NCBI GenBank assembly: GCA_951406725.2
Contig: OX597828.1
Location: 31,682,001 to 31,746,000 of the forward strand
Length of the DNA stretch: 64,000 nucleotides
DNA from: Octopus vulgaris
Taxonomy: Eukaryota
Reading direction: 5' to 3'
Shown here piece by piece: positions 56,620 through 64,000 of the stretch. The notes below the pieces were generated by a model. It saw nothing but the letters and a program-made list of their open reading frames with translations. It had not been told where the DNA came from and ran no database searches. The translations under genes and the position numbers were made by a program. Positions within the stretch are counted from its first letter, which is position 1. Each line of letters opens with the position of its first letter.

Positions 56620-57054
56620 AAAAAGTGAAGGTAGAAAATGCTAAAATATTTTTATAAAAAAACATTCAGTACCGGTCTCAGTCATTGAGACATTTTAAAC
56701 TTTAAGTATGGAAAACAATTAAATTTTGGAAAATTTTTTAATCTTATTTAAAAGAATATTTGCATAGTATTCAGATACAAGTGGTATTTTCCTTATTTCC
56801 TCTTCTTCTTCTTCTTCTTCTTCTTCTTCTTCTTCTTCTTCTTCTTCTTCTTCTTCTTCTTCTTCTTCTTTACCAAGAATTCACAACGACCGCGAACCCG
56901 CGAGGGTATTCAAGACAGACAGAAACAGGTTGCAACAAGGAAAATGCCACTTGTATTTGAACACTAATCAAAAATTCTTTTAAGAAACTTTTCTTTTAAT
57001 TTTTCCAAAATGTAATTGTTTTCCATACTTCCAGTTGAAATAGTCTCAATGACT
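56620..57054. repeat. Inverted-repeat element with central (CTT)n
   Basis: Arms at ~56679-56794 and ~56937-57054 are diverged reverse complements. (CTT)n spans 56800-56870, and (TA)n lies on the left. Confidence 0.75.
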
Positions 57055-57349
57055 TGATTTATTTTCCATATAACGTACACAAACTCATTCTGTGTAACAC
57101 ATGAATGGGCACAATTACTCACACACGCAAAGATAGACCCTTATACATTAACATGAAAGGTAGCTCTGAAAAGAATTGTGGAGGTAATATTGATTTGTCA
57201 TGTATATACGGGTAGTTCATTAACATCTTACAAGTCCCTGCCTGCAACTTCCATATCTGGCAGGGAAGCTGGTTTAAGTTTTCAATATCCTGCTTATATT
57301 AGCTGCTTATATTAATTTTAGTTGTGTATTTCCTTAATGATTACTTGCT

Positions 57350-58620
57350 TAGATCCAGGTGGACAAAGCCCTCATCTCAAGCGATATCATAATTATGTAA
57401 CTTGCTTCTTCATCTTGGAAGACTTTAAATAACCTTAATTTCCCATACTTGTATTTTTCTGAGAACATCTAGACATAATCTTCAAACAAGAGAACTGAGT
57501 TATTTCCATTAATTTTGTATTTCATGGATATACTTAGATTTTTATTGAGATGTAAATATGAGGCATTTTAGGCTATTGTAAATACATCGCAAATGACAAT
57601 TTGGATGTTTTAGACTCTGCTTTGGACGATCCTTTGCTGATATTGCAAGTAACATACTTATTAGCACCTCCTAAATAGAAGCTTTAATTTTACTAGGGCT
57701 GCATTTCCACCAAATACGAAACTTTCTGCAATCCGAGATGGAAAATGTGCATATAAAATTCCATGGCTTTGACTGACGACATAATGGTACAAATAATTAT
57801 TAATATTTCATCTACAAGCATAAAAACAACATAGCAAGATCTTATAAAGCCAGACGATAATTGTCCTACATGTGACAGACTCTTTCACTCATTAAGTGTA
57901 ACATATAAGCGAATTACTATACTACTGTAACTTAGTCTTTTGTACCGAATCTGGGTAATGTGATTTCATGCCAGACGTCGAAACATAAGATAAAGCACTG
58001 GCCTCCAAGTATCAATTGTTTATCTTGAATGGCTATTAGAGTGATGTGTAAAAATGACACAATTGTAACGAACTTTCGTAATGGAAAAATTTAAAGGTAT
58101 ATTATTGATCTTTTCTGACAAGTGTTTCCCGTTGTTATCATCATAATGGTTGAGAAACAACAACAATGCGCAGCAAGTAGCCAAACAATATATTTTTCCT
58201 TCCTTGCTAGCTGTAAACCGGCCACTTTTGGTGTCGTAGTCTCCTACTGTGTATCGACTTGAAGAGGGCTTTGTTTCAAACGTGTCCTGCAGTAGATGTC
58301 GAGTAGCTGAATTTGAACTGTTCGATGGTAATGATAACTTTAGTTTCTATGACGACATAGAAACAGGTCAGAGTGGAAAATTATGTTTAAACGATTGGGT
58401 ATGCAAATCAGAAAACTGTGATGTGTTTTCAGTTTAATAATGAGGGGAAGATCAGCTATGACCGCACTTCGTGTATTTTTGTATTTTGACCTAGCATTAC
58501 GTTTGTTGATTTGCCTATACATAATTGTATATATAAATATGGCATAAATTAGATATCCAAAAAGTAGAAAAATTATTCCGAGTACATCTTGGACGCTAAT
58601 GCTCATTCCGAAACAGAGTG
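57350..58620 (-). mobile_element. Probable very old RTE-like LINE RT remnant
   Basis: Weak but ordered motifs: STSTAGHV*NKALFKSI (cf. SLLSTAGKVFNKILLNRI), GRF, LLRIVV, FFHYES (cf. FIDYEK), FVFGGNAAL (cf. LFADDAAL). Confidence 0.4.
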
Positions 58621-59477
58621 TTATAGTATCATAGTTTGTGTTTTAGTTTTAGGATGAAACAAAGCAGTAATGTACTGCTTGTAGAGATACCTATATATAA
58701 AATAAACAACTGAACACAGCGCTGGTGCGTCCGTCTGGTAGATGTTGTTACCATAGCCATTTCTTTTATTTCGCATTTTAATCTAAATTTCACTCCTCCC
58801 AGTTCGGTCGTCCTTCTCTAAAAGGAAACACTAAACTAAAGCAGCGTATGCTTTTATTAGCATCCTGTGTCATATGTACATTTATTATCACTTTTCCAGC
58901 AAGTACACTCTTTACTTACAAACACAGATATGCAATGTATCGTTGATGTTATGATTGTATCAGAAAATTTCATCAGTCAGTGTTTATAAAATCTGCCCAT
59001 ACAAATGCGTCAATTAGCGTAGCATAGGCTTTATACTTAATTTACGGGAAAGTTTCGGTTCTACCACAGATTTACTTCACACGAACACAAATACAAACAC
59101 CCAGGTTCAAAAATACATTTAATATTCTTAATCCGCTGAGTTTGTGCACGTGTATACGCATTATAATAACATTGTTGCAGTTAGAATGTAACATTTAATC
59201 TCATGTAGATCTGTATTTGCATGTATCTGTAAGCTTATATATACATACATACACACACACAACTGAATAAATACATGCCTGCATACAGATAGATATGCAT
59301 ATATTCACACACACATATATATATATATATATGTATGTATGTGTGTCTATATACATACGTATCTATATATATGCATATATATATATATACATATGCATAT
59401 ATGAGTATATACATATGTAGATATATATATATATGTATATATAAATACATACACCCATACACATACATAATAACATA

Positions 59478-59540
<63 letters not shown>

Positions 59541-61411
59541 AAATATATATATATATATAAATACGCTGTGGCGTATGTGTGTCTACCACCGTGTTTGTGT
59601 TACATATTAGTGTGTTTTTGTGAAAAATCATCGCTTATTATTCCGGTTTCACTTGCATTATATTTATTCGCAAGCATATACATGCATAGATAAATACGTG
59701 AGTAGTATGTGGAAATAGATTGAAAAGTCACAGCTAAATTACATATTTTGAAATGCCAGAGAGTATGAGAGCTATTAAATGTAAGAATTCAGCATCAAAC
59801 TTTGAAACTATATTCAAAATTAAATTAAATTATAGTCTGTTCAGTGCAATTTTGATAGGAAATATTATTAACATAATACAATGTTTATGTATTGGTTTTA
59901 TCTTGCGGGCTGTATTTGTTAAAGAATATTATTTTTTCAGAATTTCTATTAGAAAGTGTAATGCATATAATAATTATATCTCCTTTCTCATGTGATAGAA
60001 ACTTTGAAAACAATATTTCGATTTCTTTTTTTTAATTCTTTGACAAGCCAAGTTGTGAAGAAATATGTATTATACTGATATTTCGAAAATACAAATAACA
60101 CTTGATTGCACTTGGGTTCAATTCGATTTATGTAACAAGATCATGTTGACAGCATTGTATATTCCTCGGGGTAAAACCGTAATTCTTCTTTCTTCGAGTT
60201 TTAACTGGGCTTTTTTTCCACTAATTAGTCTCTAAACATATGAATGCTTTTTGTTGTTAATAGATGCACGATGAAAGACAATGATGTACGAAGAATATAC
60301 TGCTGGTAACTTGAAGAATATTGTATATGTATCTTATTTAAATTGAAACCATATGCACAATATCTGCAAATATACATCCGTTTTTAGTGGGGACAAAGAT
60401 TCCGCACTCGCACTTGAATTACAATAGCAATCCACTTTAAGCTTTAGTTTAACAATTATCTGTTTAAATGTTTCACGTTCCTTGTAGAGATGAATATTCA
60501 GTGTTATAAAATAAACAAAATAAAACTAGTTATCGGCTGTAGTAAGAAAGCTTAGAATTTTAAGCCTTTCTTTTCTTTGTAATTATTTACTGTTTTCTGT
60601 CTTTGATCTCCTGTCACATTTTACCGTCACTAAAATCATTTTTTTTCTAAAGAAGCTGGAAATATTTCGGTGAGGCATGACTAAATTCAGAATAGGCGCA
60701 TTGTAAGAGAATGAAGCTACAGAGATTAATTTACGGTACTTTTGAATGCAAGCACGAATGCGTGCACAAACACACGCATGCATATACATATGCACACACT
60801 CAGACTTGTGCAGACACGTGCAAACATGCATACGAACACACGCACACACCACACATGCACATGTTTATATAAATATCGGTATTGTGCAAGCAATTCGGTT
60901 ATTCTGCTACAAATCAAAAAAATTGTTACAGAGTTATATAAAAGAAAACCAGTAACAAGTCTCATATAGAACATACGGATAAATCTAAAGTTTATAACTA
61001 TCAAAATTCTTTTAAAAGGAGGAAATATTTATGATTCATTGCACAACCAGAGAAACAAACATTATGATATATATTCTTCTATAATATCTCATCCCATTTC
61101 GTGTTCGAATATATTTTAAATACGAAATTGTCTCAGTTGGTCTATAGATGTCAGAATTCTAGACATTGTATACACATAAGTAATTCTAATAATAAGTACT
61201 CACATTTAAGAAGGCATTATTATGTTTTTACTTTCTTTTCCTATATTTTATATAGAAGATATGTTTTCATTTGATTACTAGCCTTCAGAAGCATCTGGAC
61301 ATTTTATGATTCTATTAAACTCGAAACTTTGACGTATGTCCAAAGTAATCTATTGTAACTATTAATTAGACATTTTATTTTTTCCAGCACGATTGCTTTG
61401 CTTTTTGGTTA

Positions 61412-61471
<60 letters not shown>

Positions 61472-61494
61472 TACATGCATACATACATCCATAC

Positions 61495-61530
<36 letters not shown>

Positions 61531-61954
61531 TGGCTGAGAGACCGAGAGAAAGAGAAAGGAACGGAGAAAGAGAGAGAGAATGTGTGTGTGTGTGTCTGTC
61601 TTCCTATTCGTATTTCAATGTGTTTAGTTCTATTCAAACACCCGTGCTACGTGTTACATAATTGCTTATTTTATATTCCATTTACTAGAAGTGTTTACCA
61701 TTTTATTGTAATTAGTTGGAAAATGTTCACTTAACATCGCGAAAGATAACTTCTAAAAATAGGTATTTACGTTGGGATATATAAGAGCTTAATCATTATA
61801 ATTAAGTGCAAAATTCTAATTTTGTTTTATTAACGATTTCCTTGGGATTGCAGGAAAAGTAAAATGAGAGCGTGTTAGTTAAAAATATTTTTTCGTGAAA
61901 TGGCGTAAAAAAGATAGATAAGATTAATTTCAGATTGTAGTGCAATGCCGCTAA

Positions 61955-62045
61955 TTTCGGGGGAAGGTGTAAGTCGACCACATCCTGCCAATACTCCGCT
62001 GGTACTTACTTCATCAACCCCGAAAAGATGAAAAGCAATTGACTT
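61955..62045 (-). mobile_element. Decayed SINE central-domain fragment
   Basis: ctggtacttacttcatcaaccccgaaaagatgaaa resembles the conserved mollusc SINE domain tttcatcctttcggggtcgataaa..agtaccag (from recall). Confidence 0.5.
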
Positions 62046-62915
62046 TTGCACGGAGTGCTAACGATTCAGCCAACACGTGGAAGATTGAGAGCCGTTTGTT
62101 TCATTTATGAGATAATATTACACATTTTTTATAGTCTGATATTCACACGAATGCAATATATCTGAAGGATTGAGAGAGACACAAATCAAAATCTGACGTC
62201 AGTGTTGAGTATCATGGTGAATGATAAAATACGACGAAATATATACATTCTTCGTTAATGTCTCTCAAATAATTACGTTGAGTATGTGAAGCTTTTGAAA
62301 TTTAATTAAGCATATTTATAACGTAAAGCTACTTGATTTTGAGTCTGATAATCACATATATTAGACCGGCAATTGCGTTCGTAATACGTTTTTCATAGGT
62401 CATCAAAACATTTAAGCAGGAGATCAGCGAAGATATGGTTTATGCTCAAATAATACAGTTTAAGAAAACTGAATGTTTCTGGGTTACAATGAATGTTTCT
62501 GGAAGAATATTGTTTCGCACAAAAAGATGAACGTTTGATACAAAGGATCAAGTTGCACACCATACAATTTTATATGGTTACATGTCATTTATTGCTTATC
62601 GGAATTGAGATAAATATAATTGCATCGGATTATCAGATAAACAGGTTGCAAAATTATGAACATACCGTAACATTTGGAATATCTTTGAGCGTTGATTGTT
62701 GTTAATGTTATCACTTTCCAGTCCTCGTCACACACAAAAACATTATAGATGTAACTTTTTATTGGGTTTGATATCATAAACGAGTAATAATCACACATCA
62801 TCACGTCGACGGTACGTCTTCATTTAATTACTCTTCGTTGTTCTTTTGAATTATTCCCAGTATTCCTATAACATATCTACACACGCACACACATACAAAT
62901 ACACACACATACACA

Positions 62916-62960
<45 letters not shown>

Positions 62961-63057
62961 CATCTACATATATATATATATACATATATATAGACGTAGA
63001 TGTATATGTATATACCTATACACATGTATATAAATATATGTGTACCACACACACGCG

Positions 63058-63088
<31 letters not shown>

Positions 63089-63185
63089 GTGCATACACAC
63101 GCACTTACACTCGTATGTATATGTATTCCTGTATGTACATATTATGTTGCACTAAAGTAACATTCATAAGGATTAAATAACTCAC

Positions 63186-63248
63186 CTGGGGATTAGCCTT
63201 TTTCTGACAATTATTGCTATGTTGATTTTTGCCGATGCTCATGTTAAT
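63186..63248 (-). other. Candidate 63-nt spliceosomal exon
   Basis: Acceptor ctgtctgtcttcgttcag| and consensus donor CAG|GTGAGT. Phase-0 open frame INMSIGKNQHSNNCQKKANPQ. No homology recognised. Confidence 0.3.
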
Positions 63249-64000
63249 CTGAACGAAGACAGACAGCTGTCAAAACATCGCACGATTTCCTCATAATTCC
63301 TAAGATTTGCTGGAAGCAAATTCTTCCATAAATTCTACATTTCTAATGCCACTTAATTCATTATCTGCACCTACCTCCCTTTATATCTCTTGACGTATGA
63401 CTGTGGGATTTACGATTGTATTTCGCTTACATTTACGGAGAAAGTGACATCTATGGCAATGCAGAGAAACCATGAAGGAATAACATGAAGAACCTCTTAA
63501 AATACAAACGAAAGTGAAAACGTCAAAAAACTTCAAGTTTATCATATTTTTAATAGTAGCTGGCTTAATTTATACTTTTAAACAATCCATTTCGGGGGAT
63601 AATCTATACGAGAAATATCGATGCTTTCACAAAGTCATTCAATAATTGATCTGTGACGAAATTAGTTATATTATCATTATTTAATGTATTTTGATTTATT
63701 CTTTCATTTCCAACAGAATTAGAGTAATTATTGTTAATGGATTTGCATGACACAAGAATAGAATTTCTTTGAATTTTGAATGTTTGCGATCAATATATAT
63801 GCTTCTGTATGCATAGGAAATTATGAGAAAACACAATTACAAGCGTACTAATAGATGTATGCAAAATATATGCTATGTTCTATATGCTATAAAATATACA
63901 TAACTCTGTTTCTGTGTGTATGTGTGCTTTTGTATACATACATAGTCTTTCATAATAATATTATCTCACTTTTGCGTATATAAAAATCGTGCCTGTAATT

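Noticed and set aside
58340-58606. 88-aa ORF with a hydrophobic, TM-like N-terminus (GPCR-like look)
   Set aside because: There are no further TM segments in frame, and neighbouring frames fit a decayed RTE-like RT better.
62590-62850. Mariner-like peptide NVFVCDEDW
   Set aside because: A single weak motif with no TIR or YSPDLAP seen.

Overview
AT-rich, microsatellite-dense animal genomic DNA with no intact protein-coding gene. Almost all ORFs in the supplied track are translations of simple repeats. The SINE repertoire resembles that of octopus/coleoid cephalopods; this is from recall and was not checked by search. The window holds decayed non-LTR retrotransposons (two R4/Dong-like RLE LINEs, two CR1/L2-group LINEs, a probable RTE), a mariner transposase remnant and about a dozen tRNA-derived SINE copies. 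The main result is a 2.4-kb array of ~6.9 near-identical 352-353 bp units (7339-9759) embedded in (TA)n. Each unit carries a complete type I hammerhead ribozyme on the minus strand, and an inverted arm starts essentially at the predicted self-cleavage site. This is the architecture of a non-LTR retrozyme or Penelope-like-element (PLE) derived unit that could yield ~352-nt linear or circular RNAs. Several unrelated, more decayed hammerhead-like motifs occur elsewhere, often in inverted-repeat elements next to (TA)n. All folding and homology calls were made by eye.
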